Notes under the pieces: model-generated | Databases searched by the model: none | Told to the model about the DNA's origin: nothing | The model's input: the letters and a program-made list of their open reading frames with translations, nothing else | Translations under genes and position numbers: made by a program | Assembly (NCBI GenBank): GCA_030167865.1 | Contig: JALAGF010005183.1 | Location: 1 to 37,284 of the forward strand | Origin: Craspedostauros australis | Lineage: Eukaryota | Reading direction: 5' to 3' | DNA: 37,284 nt | Part shown: piece after piece, positions 22,642-34,456 of the stretch | Layout of the letters: every line of letters begins with the position of its first letter | How positions within the stretch are numbered: position 1 is the stretch's first letter

Positions 22642-23738
22642 ATGAAGGTCGCCGCCGCTCTCCTCGTTTCTGCCTCCGCCGTTTCGGCTTTCGCCCCAGC
22701 CACCTTCGGCGTCCGATGTATGTGCAACAATCAACAACACACAGACAGACACGCAAGCATCATGTCAGGCCTGCTTGGATTGCTGGGATGGATGGATTGT
22801 TGGAATGGATGGATGGATGGATGGAGCAGTTCCGCCGCTGATGTTGGAGGCTTTGGCCCCTCCGCTGATTTCGTTGGTTTGGGATTCATCGGCAAGAAAG
22901 GATCAAGGTCTGCGTAACGAACGATGACTATAAGAGGTCTATGCTGGGACGAATGCATGTCAGGGTGCGAATCACAGCAACAACCCTGTCCAAGCACGCT
23001 GCTGTCCACCAGACATGCCGTGACACGATTTCCACGCCGCAGAAGAATGGAGTGGACTGCCAACAACAGTTCGCTGCGCCACTCTGTGTCCACTGTTGAT
23101 CCTGTTGATGCTTTCCCCACGACTCTATTCCGCTTCACAGGCCACCATCATCATCATGCACCAAACCTCCCATTCCTTCCCTCGCCCAATCACCCATCAA
23201 GCGACATCTCACCTTCTCTCCCCTGCTCTCTCCCTCACACAATCTCCACGCGATGTGTACGCGATGTTCATGCGATGTTCATACAGCCACCGCACTCAAC
23301 GCCGAGTACGACCTGGACTTCGGAAAGAAGAACAGCTACGTCCCAGCCAGTGCCGGTGACGGTGGCCAAGGACAGTTCGGTGCCGTCTCTCCAAATGACT
23401 GGCGCGTCCCAGGAACCTCCCCAGTGGGCGAGTCCTCCTACGCCGGCGCCCCAGATGGAGGCGACGAGCCATGGTTCTCTGAGGCTGTCTCCACCGTCTC
23501 CCTTGACCTCGAGAAGGCCGAGGAGACCATGAAGGCATTCACCAAGGAGGTTGCCGCCTTCAAGATCGACTCCTTCATCGACGAGACCGGTCTCAAGGGA
23601 GACAAGCAGGCTGTCATGGACGAATTCATCGGCGCCCTGGGATACGACAAGTTCCTCGAGTCCTCCAACAAGCAGCTCATCAAGGCATGGAAGAACATGG
23701 GCAAGTCCCTTCCAGGAGACAAGGCTGAGGCGAAGTAA
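22642..23738 (+). CDS. Plastid-targeted protein of unknown function; exons 22642-22717 and 23287-23738 (175 aa)
   Basis: Canonical presequence MKVAAALLVSASAVSAFAPATFGVR-STALNA. GTATGT donor (22718) and CAG acceptor (23286) join in frame. Very strong codon bias, typical of highly expressed genes. Confidence 0.88.
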
Positions 23739-24684
23739 GCACTCCAACCAGCCTACCCCTTCTCTACCTTCGATCCTCTCCATCTCTGCAACAACAATGC
23801 ACGAGTATGATGACTTATCATGCCTACTTACTTTCTTACTTACTTACTTACGATTCTAGATGGAGAGAAACGAGGGTAACGTCAATTTCAACCGACTCTT
23901 CCAGTGCACGAACATGACTACTGTACCATACCAACGAAGAAGCAACGTGGAGTAAAATGTGCATCCAGAGAAATCGATCGGAACTGATGGGATTTGTGAA
24001 GGGATGCTGGGTATCGTTCTTTGTTGTGTCCATACGTACAATCTTGGATGTAACAAGGAAAGGAGGCAACAATCAGGAGCATTCATGTATTGCATGATTG
24101 AAAGCTTCCTTGGCTTTCCTGTGCGCAAGCAATGGGACGGCCACGGCCAGCATCACTTTGCGTTTCCGAACATGGTGTCTGTGATTGAATGAACATGCAA
24201 GCGTTGACCTACATACCATACAAACCGCACAGGTCACGAAGGCACGCGCATGCATGGAACTCAATCAATCATCCTGCAATAACACATAGAAACTGCACAA
24301 TACACAGGGCCAAAAGCATTCATATCGTCTTTATATACTAATACTATTCTGGGGCTCATCTGTAGAATCAAGCAGAGCACTGCAGAATTCCATGCCACGA
24401 TGTCTTTGGCATACGGTGCTGTAGTAATGCTAAACTTTGATGGAGTGATACCGCATGGTACATGATCTGATGGGGACCCACAAACGAACAAACAGCTCCA
24501 GCGTACAGTCACAATTCTCACGCGCAGATGATATTCTCTTTCTTTGGGGGTTCAGTCCTTTGCTCGACATTGGCCTCTCCTCTGTTGAGTTCATACGAAC
24601 AGGATTCTCCAGAGAGCAATTGATCCGGGTCCATTCCTCTTTCCGTCTTTCGTTTCACCTCTCGCTCTCATTTTCAGTCTCCGT

Positions 24685-26395
24685 CTATCCGAGCATAGGA
24701 AGGCCATGATTGATGAACTTGCCTCCCTTACTATCGACCAGGCTCGATTGAGCAGGCGACGAGGTGGGCATGCCCATGTACGGCATGGGTGAAGACGGGA
24801 CGGTGATGTTGTGACTGCTGCTGCCAAAGTCTTCACGATTGACCGTGGTCGGGCTGTCGATGTGGCAATTCTTGTGCGCAAGGGCAACCTTGAGGGCTCC
24901 GCGACGATGCTCGGCAACCTCAAAGGTGAGGCCGGGCGAGTCCTTCGGCCAGTAGAATGACTTGCCTGGCCTCACCTGATCTCCGTCGATCATGCCTGCA
25001 CCTTCGAGAATGATCATGATCGAGGGGACGCCCGGGTTCTTGTATTCCAGCGTCTCACCTGGATCGACCTTGATCATGATGACCTCGAATTCTGGCACTG
25101 GTGGCGTGTATCGGATCACTCGTCCTGTCTCCGACAATGGGGTTCCGGCCTCGATCGTAGGTCCGCCCATACTGTACGTCAACATGCCAACAAGATTCGA
25201 CACATCCTTGAACTTGGGCGTGAGTCCGGCTCGGACCTGCGTGGTGAAACGCACGGAATCCACATTGTATTGCATACATCGTATTGATACGTTCGTTGGT
25301 TGGATCGTAAGTTGATTCATCCATTTGCGCATCCAGTTTGATGTTTCGATGAATAGGCATGCGGAGGGAGAGAGAGAGAGAGTGAGTGAAAATCATGAAG
25401 CAACAGAATAATAGATGGAGAAGAACACGAGTTGTTGTGAGATGAGTGGACTACACAACAACCAAGATCAATCAGTATACTTGTCGAGCAACAGCAACAG
25501 CAGCAGCAACAACAATGACCCATACGAATCCCACATGAAGACTTACCACGTTGTCACTGCAGGCCATGCACTCGATGATTTCTCCCGCGACGTAGGCATG
25601 CGGTTCGTTGGCTGCCATGAAGAAGGATTCACCAGGAGCGATGAGGAGGTAGTTGAGGAAGAGCGGAGACATGGCACCTGGATCCCCCGGGAACTGCTGC
25701 GACAGACGCAGAATGGCGCGGGCGCACTTGCGTTCCCACGCTGGCTCGTCATGAGGATGTCTGTGCATGCTGGACTGCTCGGCCTGCAATCGCACGAGCA
25801 GCAGCTTGAGGTTGCGCTCGCTGACCTTGGGATCGCACGACATGAAGGACTGGAAGAGCCTGCGCAAGGCATTCTTTTGCGACTCGTGATCGCTGGAGAG
25901 GAAGATGGCGAGCTTGGCTTCTTCGGAGATGCAGGCGGCGAATTCGGGATGCTTCTTGATGAGCAGCGATATCTCCTCGAGCCGTCGGAAGCCGCACATG
26001 GCCTCGAAGGGCGTCAGCGCGATGGCCATCTCCGGCTTGTGGTTGGAATCGCCGTAGGCCTGCGGGTTCTCTTCGTGCAGGCGCTGGGCGATGTCCTTGT
26101 CCGGATGGGCCTGGATGGACAGGGCCTTGCCGGCACTCAGCACCTTGAAGAGAAAGGGCAAGTCGTCCCCGATGGTGTCGCGCAAGGGTTGCCCCGTCTC
26201 CGTGAGCTTGGCAGGTCCCTTCTCGTGCGTTCCGATCCACAGCTCGGCGTAGGGCGTGTCGGGATCGACCTCATCGAGCGTCTTGTTCTCCAAGGCGTAC
26301 CTTGCCACGCGGGAGTCCAAACCGCGGATGCCCCATGCGTAATCCTTCACGACGGGTTCGATCGGCTTCAAAGTCTTTTCCTTTGAGTCTGTCAT
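24685..26395 (-). CDS. MPI: Mannose-6-phosphate isomerase, type I; exons 26395-25547 and 25236-24685 (466 aa)
   Basis: Motifs YAWG, PYAELWIGTH, LPFLFKVLS..KALSIQAHPDK, Y.DSNHKPEMAIALTPFEAMCGFR, HAY..GEIIECMACSDNV|VRAGLTPKFKDV. GTAAGT donor at 25546 and CAG acceptor at 25237. Confidence 0.97.
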
Positions 26396-27101
26396 TGTTC
26401 TGTCTTTCTATTCCTTTCCTTCTATCTTTTGCTATCCTTTGCTTTGCTTCGCCTTACGCGTCGCTGTATTGTGTTATTCGATTTTGTGTTGTGAGCGGGA
26501 AATGAGTTTGTGCAATGATGCTCATGTGATGGGTTTGCTTCTCTCTCCTTCGCTCCCTTTGATGGCTGATGCTTCACGCCGTTGGTCACAAGCGGGAGAA
26601 GAGGTCGCAGGTGTCACAGACTCTTCGCACCCCAATGACTCCGCGTGTTTCAGCAACTCGCTCACCTGCGAGCAACGTGATTCCCGTTTGCGTTCTTGGC
26701 AAAGAGGGCGAAAAAGGCGAAGCTAGCCGAAAGAGCGGTTGGAGATTTTTCTCCAATCTCATGTCAGCCTTCGACGCAGCTGGTTAGCATGATAATATTC
26801 TATGAGCTAGAGACGACTCCACCAGTCCTCTCTCTCTCTCTCTCTCTTCTGACTACTATATTCAACATATTACCAGGAGGCCGACCCTGTCACGTCTACG
26901 TAAGAGTTCTTCATTGTTGGACATCCATATTACATTAATTCTATCGTTGCATCGATACAGTTATCACATTTGTTACATTCGTCAATGCCATGTGTGCGGT
27001 GGTCCCATCTTGCTCTGACGAGGCGAACAAATCAATCGCATCATGTTGTGCTTTCCAGGTTGGTCTCTCACTGTGACAGCATCGTGGCCTCGCACGCTGT
27101 T

Positions 27102-28694
27102 TCATTCCGGAAAGAGCTGGACATTCCACAGGCTGTTCCATGTCTGGTACAGATAAAAGTCCTTGTTCGCGTCGTTATCTTTGTTGGCAGGTGCGGGACA
27201 TTCACCATGGATGGTATCGTACAGATACGAGAGATTACCGCACAGCATCGATTCCGACTCGTCCTGCTTTTTTGGACAGCTGCGCTGGGGCGAATCAGCC
27301 AGATTGTCTCGAATGGTATCGCGTTCGCCATCGGGCTCTCTCTCCGACGGACACATGAGACAGGGATTGCAGTTGCGGGCATCGTCCATGCTGTCCGACG
27401 ATTCCAAATCCTCGGACGTCACGCTGACGATGGATCGTTGGTTGCCCAGCGGATCCTTGTACACCTTTTCCGTCTTGACCAGCTTGCGTCCGTTGAGGAT
27501 GCGCGATGTGACGAAGACGGTGGCACCATCCGCATCCTTGTGCGACGTGCCGTTCCACGCGTGGTTGGCCGCGCGTTCGATGGGCAACCATGTGAAGATG
27601 GGCAGCTGATCCCGCGGTGGCACTGGGAAGATATGCGAGCCAAACACCTGCTGAAAGACAACGAAGGGATCCGTGAAGGGTTGCCACTTGCGGGCCTGCA
27701 TCATGAGCGACAGCGGTCCTCCGAAGAGCCTGTTGGTTTCGTGCTCGGTGAAGTGCTCCTCTGGCCCGTCGGTACTGTCCGAGCTCGTCGAGGGCACGAC
27801 GAGGGAACCAAGGTGATCGGGCTGGTCGTCGTGCGACCCGCAACTAAACATGTTGAACGAGACGGACCGATCACAACCCTTGTCTTCCAGCTTGATCGTC
27901 TCGTCTTCGCTGTCCGAATCCGAGAAGGAATGCGACGACACGCTTGCCAACGCAGGTGGTCGACTGGTGCTGTAGTCAAGATGGGCACGCATATCAGCGT
28001 GATGGTCGTCGTCATTGTCGTTGTTGTCGCTGTTGCCATTGTGCATGGTGTTCGTCTTGGTTGTGCGGTTGCTGTAATCCTTCGTGAACAAGCTGTCCTC
28101 GTTGCACATGTACGCCGAACCTCTGTTCTGATTCATGTTGAGCATGGCGGACAGGTTCATGTTCATGCTGCTGCGACGTCCGACGCGGCTGGCGTGCTCA
28201 AAGACCTTCTCGCCACCAACAAACATGACACCCTTCGGCAATCCATCATTCAAACTCCCTTCTTCCTTCTCCTTGAGCAGCAGGTCCAGCCGCGATCTGA
28301 ACTCCTTCTCGATCAGCGTTTCGTAACAAGCGGCGACGACCACGAAGACTTGCCATCGTCGTTGGCGTTCGGAGTCCGACAAGCCGCCCCTCCCAATGTG
28401 GTGAAACAAGGCCAGCCGGCGGTACGATTGGCGAATCTCGGACGGCGTCGCATCCCTGCGAATCTGCAGCACGTGGTAGGGATTCACGGGTTCCGCAGGT
28501 TGCTGTCGATGCAGGGGGAGGTGAGAGGAGGTTGGCTGCGGCGATGATTGCGACGTTACGGTGGATGATGTTGAGGACAAGATGGACGGTCTGCGATGCG
28601 CCGCTGCCTTGCTCATCGCCCCCTGTCGTCCGATGGGCGACGTTGGAGGCTGTTCGTACATCGAGACGTTGGCTATGGATGGGTCGGTCCGCAT
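27102..28694 (-). CDS. DnaJ-like protein with non-canonical J domain (HPD replaced)
   Basis: J-domain pattern NPYHVLQIRRDATPSEIRQSYRRLALFHHIGR...WQVFVVVAACYETLIEKEFRSRLD, with a downstream DNAJB-like FTDPFVVFQQVFG. 530-aa single ORF. Confidence 0.85.
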   Translation of the reverse strand: MRTDPSIANVSMYEQPPTSPIGRQGAMSKAAAHRRPSILSSTSSTVTSQSSPQPTSSHLPLHRQQPAEPVNPYHVLQIRRDATPSEIRQSYRRLALFHHIGRGGLSDSERQRRWQVFVVVAACYETLIEKEFRSRLDLLLKEKEEGSLNDGLPKGVMFVGGEKVFEHASRVGRRSSMNMNLSAMLNMNQNRGSAYMCNEDSLFTKDYSNRTTKTNTMHNGNSDNNDNDDDHHADMRAHLDYSTSRPPALASVSSHSFSDSDSEDETIKLEDKGCDRSVSFNMFSCGSHDDQPDHLGSLVVPSTSSDSTDGPEEHFTEHETNRLFGGPLSLMMQARKWQPFTDPFVVFQQVFGSHIFPVPPRDQLPIFTWLPIERAANHAWNGTSHKDADGATVFVTSRILNGRKLVKTEKVYKDPLGNQRSIVSVTSEDLESSDSMDDARNCNPCLMCPSEREPDGERDTIRDNLADSPQRSCPKKQDESESMLCGNLSYLYDTIHGECPAPANKDNDANKDFYLYQTWNSLWNVQLFPE

Positions 28695-31600
28695 GTTGTT
28701 TTGGTTGTTGTTAGGAGTGTGATTGTTGTGATTGTTGCGATTGTTGGCAGTGTGCGAGTATTACATGTAACAGTGGTAGTGTTTCGCAAGACATGCACAG
28801 GGTTAGTCGGCTGATCGATCGGTCGATTGATCGTCTTATCTTGTCACGTCGCAGTTCGTCAGGCTCCGCTTCACGTCAGTGTGATGTTTGGCTGGAGAGA
28901 GAGTTTGTCAACTGAACTCAAACCAGATGGACGCTCCTGTTGATGCCTGCCGCTTTTGATGTGTTCTGCTTTTGCTGATGGCAATGGTAATGGTGATAGC
29001 GATGGTGATCGAGACAGTCCGCTCTTGCCACAGTGCTTGCCGATGTCGGTAGAGGCCTGTGATCAAGCAACCAGCCCCGCCTCGGACCGAGACCATTGAA
29101 CACCATCACCACCAACATCACAACCACCACCGTGGCCTCCACCAAAACACAGAAACACAAGTTTTCGCACAACCACAATCAACTTCTCGCGCCAACATCA
29201 CGAACACGGGGATCGAAGGATGTTTTCACTTCGGGACTCGAAACTCTGCGAGTCGTACCGTGCCATCCAACGGCAAGCGTGGATTGGTCTGAGACACTCC
29301 AACGAGCTGGCAACGGCTATTTCGGGTAACCAGCTCTGAATAAAGATCAATATCTCAACGGGCGTCAACTGACATCAGAGTCGTTCGGGTCATTGTCGTT
29401 GAGAAAATTAGTCTCGTTTTTTTGCTGTGGGCGATTTGTGTTGGTGGGAATGTTGGTTGCGATTCGGCTTGGACAGTTGTACGCGGAAATTTTCATAACG
29501 TGTTTTGGCACGATGGAGCCGCCTGGCATCGGTTCGCGCTCTCTTTTCCGCTTTGGGAGCCTTACCTTGGCTTCCTTCCTGGTGACGTTCTTGTTCTTGT
29601 TGTTGGTGTATTGGTTGATGCGTTTGGTGCTTCTGGTGCTGTTCCTTGCACATCGCGCTCGATGGATCATGGGGGTTCTTTGCCTTGCGCTTCCTGTTGC
29701 TTTTTTTGCGGCTTTGATGCGGCTGTCGCAATGGTGGTGGTTGTGTTGCCAGAGAGGCAATGTTCTTGTTCCACAACTCCGTAGGTATCGTAGTTCCTGT
29801 TGTCGTTTGTGCCTCTTGTGTCTTTTGGTTTTCGTCCTTCTGCTTCGGCTGTCACGTTGCGCTTCTTTCTCTCCTCTGTTGTTTCCGTTTTCTGGTCGAG
29901 CATCGCGACCCAACCTGACCCAATTCATGCGCATAAAGTTGGTTGGAACGGCTAACTCGCGCACATCAAACGGCATGATCAGACATACAAAGGACATGGA
30001 TGCGACGGTTCAGAAAGAATCGGCGAGGCATGCTTAGAATTTGAAATGCACCATTCCAAAAATGAATCTTGGATAGACGTTATAAAACGTTAACACAATG
30101 GTTTCGAACTATCGAATCGAGCAGAAAAATCAAGAAATGTACGACTCCACTTCACGGTGTTGGGCTGGACGCACTCACATCATCAAAGCTGATCGTATCC
30201 GTCTCGCGTTGGCTACAGCCGCAATTGGTGATGGTGCAGAACGTGCCTCATTGATGGGCACTTCCACAAGCAACAGGCAGCTTGTGATGATCGATGTGCT
30301 GGGCCAAAGCCGAATACGATATAGTAGTGTATCAGGCTTGGTACAGCGTCATTGTTGACCCAATATCTTTCAACGGGCAGTGTTAGGAATGAAGCCAATG
30401 CTGCCAAGGCTGTTGCTGCTGCAACGCCGATCAAATATGTCACAGTGTCAGTCCCAGACAGCCTTGACTGTTCTGGCCTTTGGTCTTTCTCTTGCCTGCA
30501 GCAGGAACATCAGCATTTGGGGGCTTGTCCATTATTAGAACGAAATCGAAGATGGGATTCCGCACCGAAACGTAGAGTGATCAGATCGTTGTTGGGGTGA
30601 GGATGAGCATTGTTATTAGAGTGTTATTCGTATGAGTGGTTGGATGCAGTCGAGCTCACAAGATTGTATTCTTGGAACTGTGGGCATGAGATAGACATGA
30701 CATGTTCTCATGCAATTGGAAGCAGAATTAACACAGAGACAACATGACAAATGTGTGTGTTACTGCGTGAAGCAGAGTTGGCAGAAGTCAATGAACAAAA
30801 CACCGCAATATCCCATTTTGTGAATTACGTCTTCTCACAATGTTGCTAGTAGTACGATCACACGATTGATCGTATTCACTTGAGAAGGTCTTGGTAAGAT
30901 TCGCACGTGTCGCACCCAAGATCCAAGTCTGTCCTGATTGGGCAGAGCGGTTCATCTTGGCAAGAAATATCAGTATCGTGAGAGTGTGATGTGTGATTGA
31001 CGGGAAAACGGTTCTTGCGACGCGTGTCGAGATGTACATGTGTGTATATGTCGAGATGTACGTGTATATGTGCATCGTTCACCTGCTACTCTCTAATACG
31101 CACTTGGACGGAATAACTACATTCGTGCCAATAGTATATTGTGATTCGTCAGAATTACAGTGGAAATGGAACACAAGAAAATGAGCAGAATTTCTGGAGA
31201 GAATTTGCAGTCAACAGTGTCTGAGAGAATCAGGAACATCGTCCGTCCATCCATCAATGGTACCGAGAGAATCTCGAGGTACTTCCCAACTAAACCTCAG
31301 ATGACGATATCATCTGACAGACTACTGCATCACCAATGGAACATGACATCTGGAGAGCAGAAGGACGCCTACTAACGTTGACAGGATGTCATCGTGTCAC
31401 CATGTCAACATCTGTCTCCAAGTCAGAGCAGGAGGCGAAGATGCAATGACCCATGAAGATCATGGATACTGAAGGTGAACTTCAAATGGTAAGTACTCAT
31501 GGAGTAGGAACCAGTACTGAATGAACGGAGTGTCAAATGCGGAGCACGCATCAAACACGGAGTATCGTGTAGCACGAGCACACAATGTTGAGAGAGAGAG

Positions 31601-32978
31601 AGAGAGAATACAGAGAGGAGCAAAAGAACGTCTCACGTACCGACTCATAGTCGGAGACTGAATCTACGAAACAGATTGAAGCGCCAAGAGCATCGGGCAA
31701 GAGAGCTGGTGTACACCGAGAGGATCGGAGTAGCCAACTAATGAAATAGCAAACGAACGACTATCAACCAACACCACCTTCCACGATCATAGGTTACCGT
31801 GAGCAGAACTTGCCAACACTCCCTGGTGTTCATCATGCCATGTCTCATGCATCCTCATGTGTATTCCATCATGTCCTCATCATGACATCTCATTGTGCAT
31901 GTCAGCTCACTTGTTGTCATATACATTCATGTGGTACATTTCCACAGTCATGCATCCATCTCATCACAGGTTTTGCTCTGATCCATGACATCTTGGTTCC
32001 ACCTGTGTGATGATTGATGTCATCATTGATTGCTTTTTTGAATGGTTCTGATTGTTCAATCATATAAATAGTCTTGTCCGACAAAGATATGTGTTACATC
32101 TTCCAGATGTTGGTTTCTGTTTCTCAGATGTGATGCAGCTCCTTACCCATTGCCCTGCAACCTTTCTCCTATGATGTCGTTGATTGATTTGTCAAGTTGT
32201 CATGTTTGATGTTGGGACATCCTGTCTTGCGTTGCCATGGTTTCTCTTGATTCATGGAGGACAGGCTGTTTTTCTTGGTAAGACTGAGATCAGTCATGGT
32301 TGCGTTGGGTCAAGGGTGTGATCGGCAAGAGTCGATTTTGTTCAGTCATGATTGATATGATTGGGAGGTGCGGCAATCGTGGGTATGTTGCAAAGTTGTA
32401 TCCCCAATTCCTAACAGGTAGGATGAAGAAACGATGTCACACAGCTGACATGGCCCTGCACTGATTGACTTTGTTCAGTGCTTGAGGGCGGATGTTGATC
32501 CTTGCTCCTTACTCTCTTCATATGCTGTTGCATTGTAGTGTCAATCATAACAGCTCAGCATTCAGTTGAGGTTGAGATGACAATGCAGCAGTGGCTGAGG
32601 TTGGAGTTCACCCTCGGATTCCCTGCTTGAGTTGAAGTAAGTTGGATATGTGTGCCATGACCAAAACAACACTGTAGTGGTCATAGGCATGGAGGGAATC
32701 GAGGAATGATGCAGCAGGGAGGATTTGAGGAGCATCTAATTCCCAAGGCAGAATGGAATCAGGTTGGTCATGGCATTGAGTCAGCACTGATCCGTGAATG
32801 GGAAAAGAGAAAGGTGGAGAAAAGATTTTGTAGTCGATCAAGTCGGAAGGCTTCGCGCCAAAAGCGAGAATCTCAGACATCGGTGGAGGACACCATGTTT
32901 TGCTGATAGTCTGTCCCCAATTGAATCTCAACTATTGATATCCATGGTGAGTTTTGTTTCACGGTGTTCTTAGTGCAC

Positions 32979-33057
32979 CTTCCTTCAAAGGAAGATCGGG
33001 GGGGTCAGAGGGCCCCAATTCTTCCTTCAAAGGAAGCCTTCCTTTGAAGGAAGAATT
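32979..33057. repeat. Three copies of a 16-bp self-complementary motif, two forming a 41-bp palindrome
   Basis: CTTCCTTCAAAGGAAG at 32979-32994 and 33021-33036; its reverse complement CTTCCTTTGAAGGAAG at 33038-33053, with AATT flanks on both sides. Confidence 0.92.
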
Positions 33058-34456
33058 TTGGCCTCTCAGGAGGGGTCAAAATCCCAAAAAAACAGACCCC
33101 AACGCAAACATGACACCCCACTGCGTCAAAACAACACGGTTTTTGCGTTACGCGATACATACGGACGTTGCAACCGCAAATTCACTTCTGGTTGCTGTGC
33201 TTTACAGACTAGTGCCAAAATTGAAGCACACTCATGCAGCACTTGACGCGAGCATGTATTTTATACGATTGCATCCAACGCTTCGATGCCAATGGCAGTT
33301 GCTCCACTGTATTCTTAATATGAAACTTATTCAACATTGTTGGTAGTTATGCATTGATTGTCATCGTATCATCATTATTTTGACGTTTACATTGCGGCAG
33401 TTTGCGTCTAGAGAGCGTCTACCTGAATCATTTCTCTTCGCGGTTCTTCGTGTTGTTGTGTGGCATCCTTGTGCTGATCGTCGGTGTTGGTGTCGAGTCG
33501 TGCCTTTTGGTGGTTGGTTGTTGCGAAGTGGGTTTTGTATCACCAATCGACGGACAGACCTCGGCCGTCGAAGATGAGGCTTGGATCCTGTGTGTGGAAC
33601 ATGTGGATGTCTATGGACTTGACAAAGTTTTGTAATACAGTGGAGGAGATACATGTGCCACACATGATCTTCTTTCGTGCGTGTCTCAAACAAGCCTCGT
33701 ACAATTACCGTTGTTCTGTCATCGCTTTGCTCAGTGTTCGATCCCTTGTGTCCGTTGTTTTCACCGGCGGTTAACGGCGATGATTTGACGTTACGATGCC
33801 AACTCTTCTGTATTCGAGGTCCATTCTGTCACCGGTACACGTTCGACACGGATGACAAACAGCATCAGCCAATCAAACGAATTCTGGGTCGCGCATCCAC
33901 TTTTCGCCGTTCTCCGGAGCTGCCTCCATCTTGTGCAAAAATCCAACACATCCGCCTTTCGGCATCCAACGCAACAAGCCAAGTCAATGCGTGAGGACGA
34001 GCAGGCACAACTGCACCGTACTCAGTCTGCAAATGACAATGGGGGAATCAATCCAGACTCTGCAAGGACCGCACCTGCCATGCCCGTATTGCACCAACGA
34101 TCAGTCCAATGCAAAATCCAACTGTGCAGATGTAACCACCATGAAAATCTTGGTGGATGGATGAGAGGACGTTGTTGCAGTTGTTCATTTGAGGCATCGA
34201 TAGAGAAATAAGCGAAAGGTGCAAGAATGCCGCATGTTTGCATGTTGGATACCGGCTGTGTGTGGACGACACAAGTCATTGCAACAACTCTGATCATAAT
34301 TAAAATGCAAAGATTAGATTACCTCCTTGGCATCTGCGCCGTAGGCGCTTTTCTCCGCCTCTTTGCAACTTCCTACCGTGCGGGAAGAGAGCACGGAATC
34401 TGTAGTACATAATTGATATGCATCATGACACTGGACGAGCTCCCTCGGCGACCCTG

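Noticed and set aside
25415..26386. 323-aa plus-strand ORF
   Set aside because: Antisense shadow of MPI exon 1 caused by GC3 codon bias. The same applies to 4281-4931 and 23268-23783.
26970..28547. 525-aa plus-strand ORF
   Set aside because: Antisense shadow of the DnaJ-like gene, with no recognisable motifs.
1156..28694. Functional gene cluster or operon-like system
   Set aside because: The genes have unrelated functions, compartments and orientations, which is an ordinary eukaryotic gene neighbourhood.
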